Assembly (NCBI GenBank): GCA_937892945.1
Contig: CALBIL010000038.1
Span: 66,102-130,101, forward strand
DNA: 64,000 nucleotides
DNA from: an uncultured euryarchaeote
GTDB taxonomy: Archaea > Thermoplasmatota > Poseidoniia > Poseidoniales > Poseidoniaceae
Reading direction: 5' to 3'
Part shown: positions 53,424-63,718 of the stretch, piece after piece
How the letters are laid out: the number at the start of each line of letters is the position of its first letter
How positions within the stretch are numbered: position 1 is the stretch's first letter
The notes under the pieces: generated by a model
Database searches by the model: none
What the model saw: only the letters and a program-made list of their open reading frames with translations
What the model was told of the DNA's origin: nothing
Made by a program: the position numbers and the translations under genes

Positions 53424-56381
53424 TCAAAGATCTTCAAGTTGATCTAAAAGTTCCAAATCATCATCTTCTTCGACCACTGGTTCGACGATAGATTCTACAG
53501 TTTCGAGTCCAAAATCAAACTCTTCATCGACCCACTTTTGATGAGGTTCATTCATCCCACCAGCATTTTGCCCACGCCGATACACAGCAAAGACTAGAAC
53601 AAATGCGAGACCAATTCCAAGCGCTAATGTTTGAGGTTCTGGATTCATAATTTCATTGAAAAGACATGCAATCCCATTGCATTCAGTTTGATATGAAAAC
53701 GACATAATTTGAGTGAATTCACTGTCATAGGGCACTTCCTCATCCATCGGAGTAACTGTCAGAGTAAATTTCACGTCATCACCGTCTTTCAAATTTGACG
53801 GTGGGGTAACTGCAACTGAGAAGTCTTTACTCGTGTATGCAGGAAGTGTGAGCAAGAGGAAACTTCCTCCATTTTGGCCAGAAGATGCTCGAATCAAGCC
53901 ATCCCATCCATTCGGCTCCTCCAAGGTAATCACCACATCGAGAGGTATGTTGTTTTGGTTATCAATCTTGAAGTTAATACTCCTTTCTTCATCTGACTCA
54001 AACCGGATAATTTCAGTGCTTGTGTCGGTGATTTCAAGTTGTCCTGGTTGGACGTCATCTCGGACTTCAACTGTAATTGGTAAATCGAAGTATCGCGCTT
54101 CTTCAGAATCTACGCCTTCCTCGATGACTCGAACATAGACAGTATGGAACCCAGCCTCAACCTTAGAGCGCAATGTCAAGTCGAGCTTGATGTCTACGTG
54201 CTCATCGGCTTCAAGATAGACGACCACAATATTGGATTCCGTTCCATTCGAGATATCATAATCCCATGTACCATAATCGGGGTTACCGTCTGGAGTTTCG
54301 AGATTACGGTCTAATTCTGAAGGATTTTTAATTCTCCATGTCGTTTGACCCAGTGTTTCACTTGAATCTGTGATTCGCATATTGTAATACATGCTTGAAC
54401 CTGGTGAAACAGGCCCGACTGTACCGAGCGTGCCTCCATCAGAGTCAGCAATGACTTCCACCAGGATGCCAAAAGTCCGGTGAACTGTGAACGCAATTTC
54501 TGTGCTGAGTTCGGTGTCACTGGTACTGGAAACTGAAAACTCGACCAAACCAATGTCTTGTGCATCTCGCTCATTCGGTGGGAAAATTTCCATGCGTAGA
54601 GTGATAATTTGATTTGAACCTATATCGGGAGTGATTGAATAAATTCCTTCTTCAGTCAACTCCATTCCCGTATCGTTATCGAAGAACTTGAATTGCCAGG
54701 CGTCAGGAAAATCTGTAACTCGTAATCGGAATGAATCTGTAATAAATCCTGCATTGAAGACATCGACGAAGAATTCACCTTTGGTATCGCCGGCGTCGAC
54801 ATAATGCGAAAGTGTCTCATCATAGGCTTCAACACGCGTTGAATCAGCAATTTGTATTTGATGTTCAAAATCTTCAAAGATGGCAATCCGAGGTGGCGCC
54901 AATACATCAGATTCTTCAATCGAAAGGACAATCGTTTTTATTGCTACTTGATCGTTTTGGGCATTTTCAGTATCTGCATAGGCTCGTGCTTCAATTTCGA
55001 TGCTGCTTGGAGCATTGGTGAGGTCTCCATCGACCACATCAAACCTGAGAATTGGACGAGCAAAGGTGCCTCCACCGTTGAGCGTGTATCCACCGGCTTG
55101 ATCCCATATAGGGTCTGACCATGATGAAGGGAAAGGTGAACCAACTAAATCAAAGACGATATTCATCGATGAAGAAGTAGAGCCGGTATGTTCGATCAAG
55201 AATTCAATACTGGATGTTTGGCCTGGAGCAATTAGAACAGTATCTGGCTGAGAAGAAGGGAGTGAGAGATAGATGTCATGCTCCACGAAAGTAATCCCGG
55301 GGTGTTCAAAGACAAGTGTATGACCTTGAACGTCATTGATTTCCAATTGCAAGGGGTAATCGCCAGCACTGATACCAGAATCATACGTCCACGTATAATT
55401 CCCAATCAATCCTTGATTATCCAACTTCAGCTCATCATCGTCGAATGTTTTATCGAACTCTGAGTTTGCACCATTTGGCGTACTCATGACCAAATCCACG
55501 TTTTGAATGTCATCACGCCCAAAAGCATCACGAACATCAACAGTGAATTGCATTGTTCGGAAATCAGGCCGATGGTTTGGAGACCATTCAAGAACTTCTG
55601 CATCAGTAAAACTTGCACCAGGTCGGTGAACACGAACAGATGAGTCAGCTAATGCATTTGCTTTCAATTCGAGTTTCGAGTATCCATTGGTTTGTTCGAC
55701 ATCACCAAAGGCAACATCGACTTCACAATTGTTGCCACCAATACCGCCACCACCACTGCTTTCACAAGTGGCCTGAGCATCGATATTCAATTCCAGTTGT
55801 TCTCCATTTTCGACAGTAAAGCCGTTTGATGAGATTTCAAAATCGATAATGCTTGGCGTCCAAGAACAACTACCAGTTCCAAGAGCCCCACCGGTACATG
55901 GTTCCTCAAGAGTTTCTGAAAACGAATCAATTTCGGTCCCACCGGATTCGAGTGAATAGGTGATGTCTGCGGTAGAGCCCGTTGACCCACGGAATTGTAA
56001 AAACAGCGTCAACGTTACTTTGTCGGTATTGTCACGGCCGTAGACTAAGAGGTCGGAAATCATTTCATTACTACGGAATTGAATCCCACCCAGTGCACTC
56101 AGTTCCTGGTGAGAACCTGAAGGTTCCTCTGTGGTGATTGAACCATCTCCGCCAGCCTCTGAGGTCATTTCATCGAGGTACAGATCGTACGATTGGCACG
56201 TATTGCAATCGTTTCCTGCGGGCAAAACACTCGGTTCATCTTCAAGAACAGAATCGAATGACGTCGGGTATGAAGAAGGGGCAGTCATAGGAAGAATTGA
56301 GCCGATGAGCAAGATGACCAAAAGGACGGGTAAAAGGCGGTTGACGGAAGTTGCATGCGTTGAGGACACTCTGTTCACCAT
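53424..56381 (-). CDS. Large acidic surface protein with Ig-like domains and C-terminal TM anchor
   Basis: Signal peptide, beta-rich repeats (IAPGQTSSIEFLIEHTG; VFNAGFITDSFRL), TM ALGIGLAFVLVFAVY then RR. Confidence 0.85.
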   Translation of the reverse strand: MVNRVSSTHATSVNRLLPVLLVILLIGSILPMTAPSSYPTSFDSVLEDEPSVLPAGNDCNTCQSYDLYLDEMTSEAGGDGSITTEEPSGSHQELSALGGIQFRSNEMISDLLVYGRDNTDKVTLTLFLQFRGSTGSTADITYSLESGGTEIDSFSETLEEPCTGGALGTGSCSWTPSIIDFEISSNGFTVENGEQLELNIDAQATCESSGGGGIGGNNCEVDVAFGDVEQTNGYSKLELKANALADSSVRVHRPGASFTDAEVLEWSPNHRPDFRTMQFTVDVRDAFGRDDIQNVDLVMSTPNGANSEFDKTFDDDELKLDNQGLIGNYTWTYDSGISAGDYPLQLEINDVQGHTLVFEHPGITFVEHDIYLSLPSSQPDTVLIAPGQTSSIEFLIEHTGSTSSSMNIVFDLVGSPFPSSWSDPIWDQAGGYTLNGGGTFARPILRFDVVDGDLTNAPSSIEIEARAYADTENAQNDQVAIKTIVLSIEESDVLAPPRIAIFEDFEHQIQIADSTRVEAYDETLSHYVDAGDTKGEFFVDVFNAGFITDSFRLRVTDFPDAWQFKFFDNDTGMELTEEGIYSITPDIGSNQIITLRMEIFPPNERDAQDIGLVEFSVSSTSDTELSTEIAFTVHRTFGILVEVIADSDGGTLGTVGPVSPGSSMYYNMRITDSSETLGQTTWRIKNPSELDRNLETPDGNPDYGTWDYDISNGTESNIVVVYLEADEHVDIKLDLTLRSKVEAGFHTVYVRVIEEGVDSEEARYFDLPITVEVRDDVQPGQLEITDTSTEIIRFESDEERSINFKIDNQNNIPLDVVITLEEPNGWDGLIRASSGQNGGSFLLLTLPAYTSKDFSVAVTPPSNLKDGDDVKFTLTVTPMDEEVPYDSEFTQIMSFSYQTECNGIACLFNEIMNPEPQTLALGIGLAFVLVFAVYRRGQNAGGMNEPHQKWVDEEFDFGLETVESIVEPVVEEDDDLELLDQLEDL

Positions 56382-56427
56382 CGTGGCCTGTTCAACCGAG
56401 TGTTAAACGGTTTTGCATTGAATGTTC

Positions 56428-56454
56428 AACAAAACCCCCCTCTACGAGGGGGCG
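56428..56454 (-). terminator. Hairpin plus U-tract downstream of tRNA-Leu
   Basis: Minus strand CCCCCTC-GTA-GAGGGGG followed by GTTTTGTT, about 20 nt after the tRNA 3' end. Confidence 0.6.
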
Positions 56455-56471
56455 AATGAGTATTGAAAGAG

Positions 56472-56558
56472 TGGTGCAGGGAGTGGGATACGAACCCACG
56501 AACCCATACGGGACCGGATCTTAAGCCCGGCGCCTTTGACCACCTCAGCCACCCCTGC
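56472..56558 (-). tRNA. tRNA-Leu (anticodon UAA), CCA encoded
   Basis: Minus strand GCAGGGGTGGCTGAGGTGGTCAAAGGCGCCGGGCTTAAGATCCGGTCCCGTATGGGTTCGTGGGTTCGTATCCCACTCCCTGCACCA; long variable arm. Confidence 0.96.
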
Positions 56559-56609
56559 AGACCTCCGAACTGCAAGGAGGATTTGAAGAAAACCCCTAAG
56601 CACATTGCT

Positions 56610-57356
56610 TCAAGGTGAAACTGACCAGCCACCATCAACATTGATGGTTTGGCCTGAAAGATAGGTTGAATTGAGAAGAAACAAAATGGTTTGTGCTACA
56701 TCAGTTGGTTCACCTGCCCGTCCGAGAGGTATTTTCTCGAGAACTGAGGCGAAGTGTTCACTTTCCCAATCGGCTGCAATGATCGCCCCAGGTGCAACAC
56801 AGTTCACACGAATATCCGGAGCAAGGTCACCTGCTAAATTCATCATCAATTGGCGCAAACCGGCTTTACTTGCTGTGTAATGTGACAAGCCTTTCCAAGC
56901 TCGTCCCAATGAAGTATCAATCATTCCAATTACACAACCTTGACCCGATTTGAGAGGCGTCAAAAGACCTTGTGTCAAAAGGAAAGGAACTTCGATGTGA
57001 AGGCGGTTGTTGAGCCGAAGAGATTCAAGCGTAACTGATTCGTAATCTTCCGAACTATAGATTGAAGCATTATGAATAAGTGCGTGTAAACCACCGTTCG
57101 ATTTTACTTTTTCATGGGTAAGAACTGCCTCGATAAGCGTGCCTAAATCTTCATCGCTATTGAGGTCGGCTTGAATGATTTCAGCCTGTGCTTTGGAACC
57201 GTGTCTTTGCTCATATGTTTGAAGAATTTCTTCGGCTTCTGTGAGTGAAGACCGGACGTGAATAAAGACGAACCAACCATTGTCCAACAGAAGAGAAACT
57301 GTTGCTGCGCCTATACGCTTTCCACCACCAGTAATCAATGCAACCTGTTGCGCCAT
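56610..57356 (-). CDS. Short-chain dehydrogenase/reductase, pteridine reductase (FolM/PTR1)-like
   Basis: ALITGGGKRIG, HNAS, YTASK, RVNCVAPG, GQTINVDGG; likely start MAQQ. Confidence 0.85.
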   Translation of the reverse strand: MAQQVALITGGGKRIGAATVSLLLDNGWFVFIHVRSSLTEAEEILQTYEQRHGSKAQAEIIQADLNSDEDLGTLIEAVLTHEKVKSNGGLHALIHNASIYSSEDYESVTLESLRLNNRLHIEVPFLLTQGLLTPLKSGQGCVIGMIDTSLGRAWKGLSHYTASKAGLRQLMMNLAGDLAPDIRVNCVAPGAIIAADWESEHFASVLEKIPLGRAGEPTDVAQTILFLLNSTYLSGQTINVDGGWSVSP

Positions 57357-57510
57357 GAACTGTTCGAATCGTTCGCCCCTCATCAATGCTCTCAAAAATA
57401 ATTCATGCGAAAATAACGCAGATTCTAGGTTTGTACGGCGCATGACCAAAAAAGACCACAGCACATCTTTTTGAAAGGCAAAGCATAGGATGAAGCAAGG
57501 GGGAACATGT

Positions 57511-58539
57511 ATGTCGGGCAAACAACTACCGATGGCGAGTAAAACTCCTCCTGCTTTACGTCCAAAACCAAAACGTGAACGGCTCCCCGACTGGTTTCGT
57601 ACAACTCTACCTTCCGGAGAGCAGCAAGCTCTTTTCAACAAAACAAAAGCGGCTGTTCAAGACAATGCCCTACACACTGTTTGTCAAGAAGCCCGATGCC
57701 CAAATATCCATGATTGCTGGGCCAGTGGTGATGCTACATTCATGATTGCTGGCCAAGAATGCACCCGTGGATGCCGCTTTTGTGCTGTTGGCACCATCAA
57801 AACACCTCCGCCCCTTGACCTTGAGGAACCCTCACATCTTGCAACTGCTGTTGAATCGATGAATCTTCGACACGTCGTCATTACAGTCGTCAACAGAGAT
57901 GACCTACCCGACAGTGGAGCCGACCATTACAAACAATGCATCGCTGCCGTCCACAAGCGTCAACCAAATGTCACACTTGAATTGCTTTGCTCAGATTTAG
58001 CTGGCGACCATGAAGCCCTTGCTCATCTTCTCGATGGAAGCCCACTCTCGGTCTTCGCTCACAATGTTGAATGCGTACCTCGTCTTGACAAAACCGTTCG
58101 TGACCACAGAGCATCTTTTTCTCAATCGCTCGAGATTCTTCGTCAAGCCAAAATCCTACGCCCAGATCTCATTACGAAATCTTCGTTGATGGTTGGAGTT
58201 GGTGAGCGTGATGAAGAAATCACTGAATCCTTACACCTCCTACGCAACGCTGGCGTAGACCTCATCACAATTGGACAATACCTTGCCCCTTCATCAAGTC
58301 ATTTGACGGTCGACCGGTTCCCGGAGCCGGAGATGTATGACACGTGGGCAAAGGAAGCAATTGCAATGGGTTTTGCTGGAATTGCCAGTGGACCTCTCGT
58401 ACGCTCATCCTTCAAGGCCGGACTTTTACTGCGAAAAACACTGGATTCCGAGAACTCGGAAAGAATGCCTGGTGCATATGTGTATGTCGCTCAAGATGAA
58501 AACGATACACCCGCACCTCTTAAGGGCGGGATGAACTGA
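57511..58539 (+). CDS. lipA: Lipoyl synthase
   Basis: CQEARCPNIHDC auxiliary cluster, CTRGCRFC radical SAM motif, VNRDDL, HNVE, GQYL, PLVRSSF. Confidence 0.96.
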   Translation: MSGKQLPMASKTPPALRPKPKRERLPDWFRTTLPSGEQQALFNKTKAAVQDNALHTVCQEARCPNIHDCWASGDATFMIAGQECTRGCRFCAVGTIKTPPPLDLEEPSHLATAVESMNLRHVVITVVNRDDLPDSGADHYKQCIAAVHKRQPNVTLELLCSDLAGDHEALAHLLDGSPLSVFAHNVECVPRLDKTVRDHRASFSQSLEILRQAKILRPDLITKSSLMVGVGERDEEITESLHLLRNAGVDLITIGQYLAPSSSHLTVDRFPEPEMYDTWAKEAIAMGFAGIASGPLVRSSFKAGLLLRKTLDSENSERMPGAYVYVAQDENDTPAPLKGGMN

Positions 58540-58548
58540 GGTGGAACA

Positions 58549-59790
58549 ATGACCGAGAGAGTGACTGCCACGACTAAGCCGTACACCATCGGCCGGCCTC
58601 CATTTCGTCCTGGTGAAGATGCTGATTTTGGCGGGAAGTTTACTGAACAACCTGGTGATTTGAATCGGCCAGACCCCGCAAACTGTTCAGCACAGGATAC
58701 AGTAGCCCATGCATCGGGTTTGATTCGTGTCCTCACTGATAATGGAATCGCAGAAGGTGAATGGAACCCTCTCTTAGATGCCGAGACCTTGATTCAAGGA
58801 CTTGAATATATGATGCGTCTTCGAATATTTGACGACCGGATGATCAAAATGCAACGAACCGGAAAACTCTCGTTCTACATGCGGTCTTTTGGCGAAGAAG
58901 CAATTGCAATCGCCCAAACCATGGCGCTTGAAACACAGGATTGGATTTTCCCATCCTACCGACAACCTGGCGCTCAATTTGTTCGTGGGCGTGACATGGT
59001 CAGTATGATTTGTCATTGCATTGGCAACACTGAAGATAACGTCAAAGGACGTCAGATGCCAGTTCATTATACTTGGAAACAAGGCCGATTCATTTCCATT
59101 TCTTCTCCTGTAGGAACTCAATTCTCCCAAGCAGTCGGTGTAGCGATGGCCAGTGCGTACAAAGGCGATGATGAAGTTTGTATCTCCTGGCTCGGTGACG
59201 GAACATCTGCACAAGGAGACTATCACTACGCATTAAATTTCGCTTCGACGTTTAAGCCCCCAGTTATTCTCAATGTGGTAAACAACCAATGGGCCATTTC
59301 AACCCACGCTAACCTCGCAACAGGTGGACGTACTTTTGCAGAACGTGGATTAGCCTATGACATTCCTTCTTTCCGAGTGGATGGGAATGACTTCCTCGCA
59401 CTCTACAGCGTGACAAAATGGGCACGTTTGCGAGCAGCTGCCGGTAAAGGGGCAACTCACATCGAAGTCTACACCTATCGAGCAGGTGGACATTCTTCAT
59501 CTGATGACCCCTCTGTATACCGCCCAAGTGATGAATTCAAATATTGGCCTGGTGGAGATCCAATCGAACGACTCAAAGAACACCTCATGAAAGCTGAATT
59601 GTGGAATGAGACCCGTCATACAGCTTTGGCTAAGAAAATTGATGATGAAGTCATGGCTGCATACAAAGCCGCATGTGAGTTTGGCGATTTGGCAAGTGGG
59701 CCATATCCGCCTGCTTCAACTATATTTACCGAAGTCTACGAAACTGTACCTTGGCATGTCCAAGAACAGAGAGAGGAACTTGGAAAGTGA
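58549..59790 (+). CDS. bkdA1: Branched-chain 2-oxoacid dehydrogenase E1 alpha
   Basis: GRQMPVHY, TPP motif GDGTSAQGD...NNQWAIS, HSSSDDP. Confidence 0.9.
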   Translation: MTERVTATTKPYTIGRPPFRPGEDADFGGKFTEQPGDLNRPDPANCSAQDTVAHASGLIRVLTDNGIAEGEWNPLLDAETLIQGLEYMMRLRIFDDRMIKMQRTGKLSFYMRSFGEEAIAIAQTMALETQDWIFPSYRQPGAQFVRGRDMVSMICHCIGNTEDNVKGRQMPVHYTWKQGRFISISSPVGTQFSQAVGVAMASAYKGDDEVCISWLGDGTSAQGDYHYALNFASTFKPPVILNVVNNQWAISTHANLATGGRTFAERGLAYDIPSFRVDGNDFLALYSVTKWARLRAAAGKGATHIEVYTYRAGGHSSSDDPSVYRPSDEFKYWPGGDPIERLKEHLMKAELWNETRHTALAKKIDDEVMAAYKAACEFGDLASGPYPPASTIFTEVYETVPWHVQEQREELGK

Positions 59791-59799
59791 GGTGAGATG

Positions 59800-60810
59800 A
59801 TGACTGATATGAACATGATTAAAGCACTCAATTCCGCTTTGGAAGTACAACTTGAGAAAGATAAGAACGTCGTCATCTTTGGAGAAGATGTTGGATTCTT
59901 TGGTGGAGTATTCCGAGTTACTGACGGATTGCAAAAGAAATTCGGTGAACACAGAGTCTTCGACTCTCCACTTGCCGAAGGTGGAATTGCTGCCATAGCA
60001 ATGGGCATGGGTTTGAATGGACTTCGACCGGTTGCAGAGATTCAATTCGCTGACTATATCTTCCCTGCTTATGACCAAATTGTCAATGAAATTGCCAAAG
60101 TACGTCACCGCTCAGGGGGAGAATTTACCGCACCGCTCACCTTTAGAACACCTGCTGGAGGAGGAATCAAAGGTGGCCATCATCATTCGCAATCACCCGA
60201 AGCTCAATTCACCCATACGCCAGGTTTGAAAGTTGTTTATTGCTCAACACCATACAATGCCAAAGGATTGTTGACCGCTTCTATTGAATGCAACGACCCC
60301 GTTATTTTCTTTGAACCCAAGCGTTGCTACCGAGGGCCATTTTATGGCGACCCACACAATGTTCCAACTTGGAGTGGACACCCAGATGCTGAAGTCCCCG
60401 AAGGCCATTACATCGTCCCATTGGAAGAGGCCCGTATTGTTCGAGAAGGCAGTGCTTGCACTGTTATTGCATGGGGCACCATGGTTCACATGTGTGAACA
60501 AGCCATCAAAGATTCCGGAATTGATTGTGAACTCATCGATTTGCAAACATTGGTTCCTTGGGACCGGGACACCGTCGTCAATTCAATCAAGAAGACTGGG
60601 CGCTGTGTCATTGTACACGAAGCACCGAAGACAAGTGGTTTTGGTGCAGAGATGAGTGCATCAATTCAAGAACGTTGTTTCTACCACTTGGAAGCACCAA
60701 TAACTCGAGTGACGGGATGGGACACGCCTTTCCCCCACACTACGGAATGGGATTATATCCCGAGTCCAGCACGAATTGCAGAAGCAATAAAGAATACACA
60801 GGAGGAATAA
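59800..60810 (+). CDS. bkdA2: Branched-chain 2-oxoacid dehydrogenase E1 beta
   Basis: GEDVGFFGGVFR, EIQFADY, HHSQSPEA, DPVIFFEPK. Confidence 0.92.
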   Translation: MTDMNMIKALNSALEVQLEKDKNVVIFGEDVGFFGGVFRVTDGLQKKFGEHRVFDSPLAEGGIAAIAMGMGLNGLRPVAEIQFADYIFPAYDQIVNEIAKVRHRSGGEFTAPLTFRTPAGGGIKGGHHHSQSPEAQFTHTPGLKVVYCSTPYNAKGLLTASIECNDPVIFFEPKRCYRGPFYGDPHNVPTWSGHPDAEVPEGHYIVPLEEARIVREGSACTVIAWGTMVHMCEQAIKDSGIDCELIDLQTLVPWDRDTVVNSIKKTGRCVIVHEAPKTSGFGAEMSASIQERCFYHLEAPITRVTGWDTPFPHTTEWDYIPSPARIAEAIKNTQEE

Positions 60811-60812
60811 AT

Positions 60813-62099
60813 ATGGGAACGTTTGCATTTAAGATGCCAGATATTGGAGAAGGAGTCGTCGAAGGAGAAGTTGTTGAATGGATGGTCGCTGTTGGCGACG
60901 TCGTCAAAGAAGACGATCCGATTCTTTCTGTGATGACCGATAAAGCAACTGTCGAAATCCCTTCACCTGTTGACGGTAAAGTAATTTCAGTCATTGGCGA
61001 AGCCGGTGACACATTGCCAGTCGGTGTTGTTTGTATCGAATTCGAAGTTGACGGTGATGGAAACGCAGCATCATCAGTTGATGTACCAACACCTGCCCCT
61101 GAACCAAAAGCAGAACCGGCTTCAACCCCAGAGCCAGAAGCAGCGCCTGAGGTAAAAACATCACCAGTTGCAGCAGCGCCAGTTGCAGCAGCACCCGCCG
61201 TTCAACGTGCAGCAGGAACCAAGGCATTGTCCAGTCCTGCAGTTCGTCAACGTGCCCGTCAAGCCAACATCGACCTCAACATGGTCGCAGGCTCCGGCCC
61301 TGCAGGTAGAATTAGCCATGCAGACCTCGATGCCCACATCGCTGGCGGAGTAAGTGGCGCAAGCCGTGCCCGACCAATGGGTGCTTCAGCCCGAACTGAG
61401 CGGAATGGAACAGAAGAAATCAAAGTTATTGGTCTGCGAAGAAAAATTGCAGAAGGTATGGTTTCATCCTACACCACTATTCCTCATTTCTCGTACTTTG
61501 AAGAAGTCGATGTCACGGCTCTGGAAGAATTACGCCAACATCTCAATGCGACTCGCCCTGAAGGTGCTCCGAAATTGACCTATTTGCCCTTCATCATGCA
61601 AGCATTGGTCAAGGCATTGGGAGAACGCCCAGAATGTAACGCAGTCTATGATGACGATTCAAACATCGTCACTCGACATGAAGCGATCAATCTTGGAATT
61701 GCAACTCAAACTGACCGTGGACTGTTCGTCCCTGTTGTCCAACACGTGGAAGCCATGGACATTTGGCAATCTGCTGAAGAAATGGTACGTGTCACAAGTG
61801 CAACTCGAGATGGTAAAGCAACTGCAGATGACCTTTCAGGCTCGACCTTTACCATCACCAGTCTTGGACGACTTGGAGGATTAGGTGCAACCCCAATCAT
61901 CAACAAACCGGAAGTTGGAATTCTTGGAATTCATAATGCAAAAGAACGTGCAGTTGTGAGAGATGGTAACATTGTGATTCGTCGAATGATGAACCTTTCA
62001 TCTTCTTGGGACCATCGAGTTGTCGATGGTCATGACGGTGCAAGTCTTGTACAACTCGTGAAGTCATACCTCGAACATCCGGCTACAATTTTCATGTGA
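60813..62099 (+). CDS. bkdB: Dihydrolipoamide acyltransferase E2
   Basis: MPDIGEG, lipoyl motif TDKA, Ala/Pro linker, SPAVR..GSGPAGRI, catalytic DHRVVDG; ATG 60813 after GGAGG. Confidence 0.94.
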   Translation: MGTFAFKMPDIGEGVVEGEVVEWMVAVGDVVKEDDPILSVMTDKATVEIPSPVDGKVISVIGEAGDTLPVGVVCIEFEVDGDGNAASSVDVPTPAPEPKAEPASTPEPEAAPEVKTSPVAAAPVAAAPAVQRAAGTKALSSPAVRQRARQANIDLNMVAGSGPAGRISHADLDAHIAGGVSGASRARPMGASARTERNGTEEIKVIGLRRKIAEGMVSSYTTIPHFSYFEEVDVTALEELRQHLNATRPEGAPKLTYLPFIMQALVKALGERPECNAVYDDDSNIVTRHEAINLGIATQTDRGLFVPVVQHVEAMDIWQSAEEMVRVTSATRDGKATADDLSGSTFTITSLGRLGGLGATPIINKPEVGILGIHNAKERAVVRDGNIVIRRMMNLSSSWDHRVVDGHDGASLVQLVKSYLEHPATIFM

Positions 62100-62110
62100 G
62101 GTGCTAAAAT

Positions 62111-63541
62111 ATGCAGACTAAAAAATGTCAAGTTCTCGTAATCGGAGCAGGCCCTGGTGGATACGTCGCTGCAATTCGCGCAGGACAACTCGGTTTGTCA
62201 ACCATCATTGTCGAAGGTGAAAAAGCAGGTGGGACCTGTCTCATTCGAGGCTGCATCCCATCGAAGGCTTTGATTCACGCCGCTCACCAATTCCATAAGT
62301 TAGCAAAGCATTCATCAAACGATGGCCACATGGGTATCTCGATTCCTGGACCGGCAGAACTGAACATGGGTAACTTGGTCTCTTGGAAAGAAGGCATTGT
62401 CACTCGACTCAACAAAGGTGTCGAACATTTGCTCAAGAATGCAGGTGCTGAACTCATCATCGGATGGGCTGAATTTCAAGACGCTAAAACCGTCAAAGTT
62501 GGTGAAGGAAAGGATGCAACCATCATCCAAGCAGAGCATGTTATTCTTGCCAATGGGTCAGTCCCGATTGAACTTCCATTCATGCCATATGATGAAAACG
62601 TTATTTCGTCTCGTGAGGCCTTATCCCTTGAAGAATTACCAAAGCACGTTGCCATTGTTGGTGGTGGATACATCGGACTTGAACTTGGAATTACATTCCG
62701 TATGCTCGGTTCCGAAGTGACTGTTGTTGAAGCAATGGACAGCGTCCTACCGATCTTTGACAAGGAACTACGACGACCACTTGAGATCTCAATTAAGAAG
62801 CAGAAAATCAAGACACATCTCGGTGTATTCGCAAAAGGTGTTGAAAAAGCAAAAGATGGTCGTACACAACTCAACTTTATTGATAAAAATGAGAAAGACG
62901 AATCGAAAATGCAGAATGTCATTGTCGACAAAGTGTTGGTCACAGTTGGCCGCAAACCCAACTCAGCATCTTTGGCCCCAACTGGCGTGGCATTAGATGA
63001 ACGTGGATTCGTCAAAGTCAACGACCGTTGTGAAACCAACATGCGTGGTGTTTATGCAATCGGTGATGTCTGTGATTCTGGAGAAATGTTGGCGCATGTT
63101 GCCTCTTTCCAAGGAGAAATGGTGGCCGAAATTATTGCTGGTCACAAGCGAGCATACGACCCAGTCGCTGTCCCTGCAATCGTGTTCACTGAACCTGAGA
63201 TCGTATCCGTTGGACTTTCACCTGAAGAGGCAAAAGCCGCTGGACACCCTGTAATTGTCGGGAAGTTCCCCTTGGGAGCAAACGGACGTGCATTAACGCA
63301 AGAAGCGGAAAAGACTGCAGGATTTATTCGAGTATGTGCACGAGAAGATGATCATCGTATTCTTGGAATCCAAGGTGTGGGAACTCACATCAGTGAACTG
63401 GTTGGTGAGTGGACACTTGCTCTTGAAATGGGTGCCTTACTCGAAGATATTGCTGGAACAATCCATGCACATCCAACCATGACTGAAATGACCCATGAAG
63501 CTGTTCTTGCAACTCTTGGTCATGCGATTCATTCTGCTTGA
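62111..63541 (+). CDS. lpdA: Dihydrolipoamide dehydrogenase E3
   Basis: GAGPGGY, GGTCLIRGCIPSK, GGGYIGLE, HAHPTMTE. Confidence 0.97.
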   Translation: MQTKKCQVLVIGAGPGGYVAAIRAGQLGLSTIIVEGEKAGGTCLIRGCIPSKALIHAAHQFHKLAKHSSNDGHMGISIPGPAELNMGNLVSWKEGIVTRLNKGVEHLLKNAGAELIIGWAEFQDAKTVKVGEGKDATIIQAEHVILANGSVPIELPFMPYDENVISSREALSLEELPKHVAIVGGGYIGLELGITFRMLGSEVTVVEAMDSVLPIFDKELRRPLEISIKKQKIKTHLGVFAKGVEKAKDGRTQLNFIDKNEKDESKMQNVIVDKVLVTVGRKPNSASLAPTGVALDERGFVKVNDRCETNMRGVYAIGDVCDSGEMLAHVASFQGEMVAEIIAGHKRAYDPVAVPAIVFTEPEIVSVGLSPEEAKAAGHPVIVGKFPLGANGRALTQEAEKTAGFIRVCAREDDHRILGIQGVGTHISELVGEWTLALEMGALLEDIAGTIHAHPTMTEMTHEAVLATLGHAIHSA

Positions 63542-63718
63542 GAAATCTAATTACTATAAGAATCATATTAACACTCATGAGTATTATTCAAGGCAAAGCG
63601 CCTACGAGTAAGGAAAAAGAAGCGTGATGAAACGCACTCAGGGCCTCACCCGCAGGACTTGAAATCCCCGAGTGAAGGTTTACACCCTCGAGTATCTATA
63701 AACTTCAACCAATCGTAC

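Noticed and set aside
44339-56558. Genomic island integrated at tRNA-Leu carrying surface-protein genes
   Set aside because: No integrase, no duplicated tRNA 3' end seen, and no obvious compositional shift.
56610-62099. Long N-terminal extensions in ORF-track calls (SDR to 57641, E2 from 60558)
   Set aside because: They overlap neighbouring genes; downstream ATGs match the family N-termini and RBS positions.
63570-63585. Palindrome ACTCATGAGT between convergent lpdA and nrdA
   Set aside because: A short single occurrence in an AT-rich 3' region; could be chance.
63622-63693. tRNA or C/D box sRNA (GTGATGA on the + strand)
   Set aside because: No cloverleaf, no downstream CTGA D-box, and pairing favours the minus strand.
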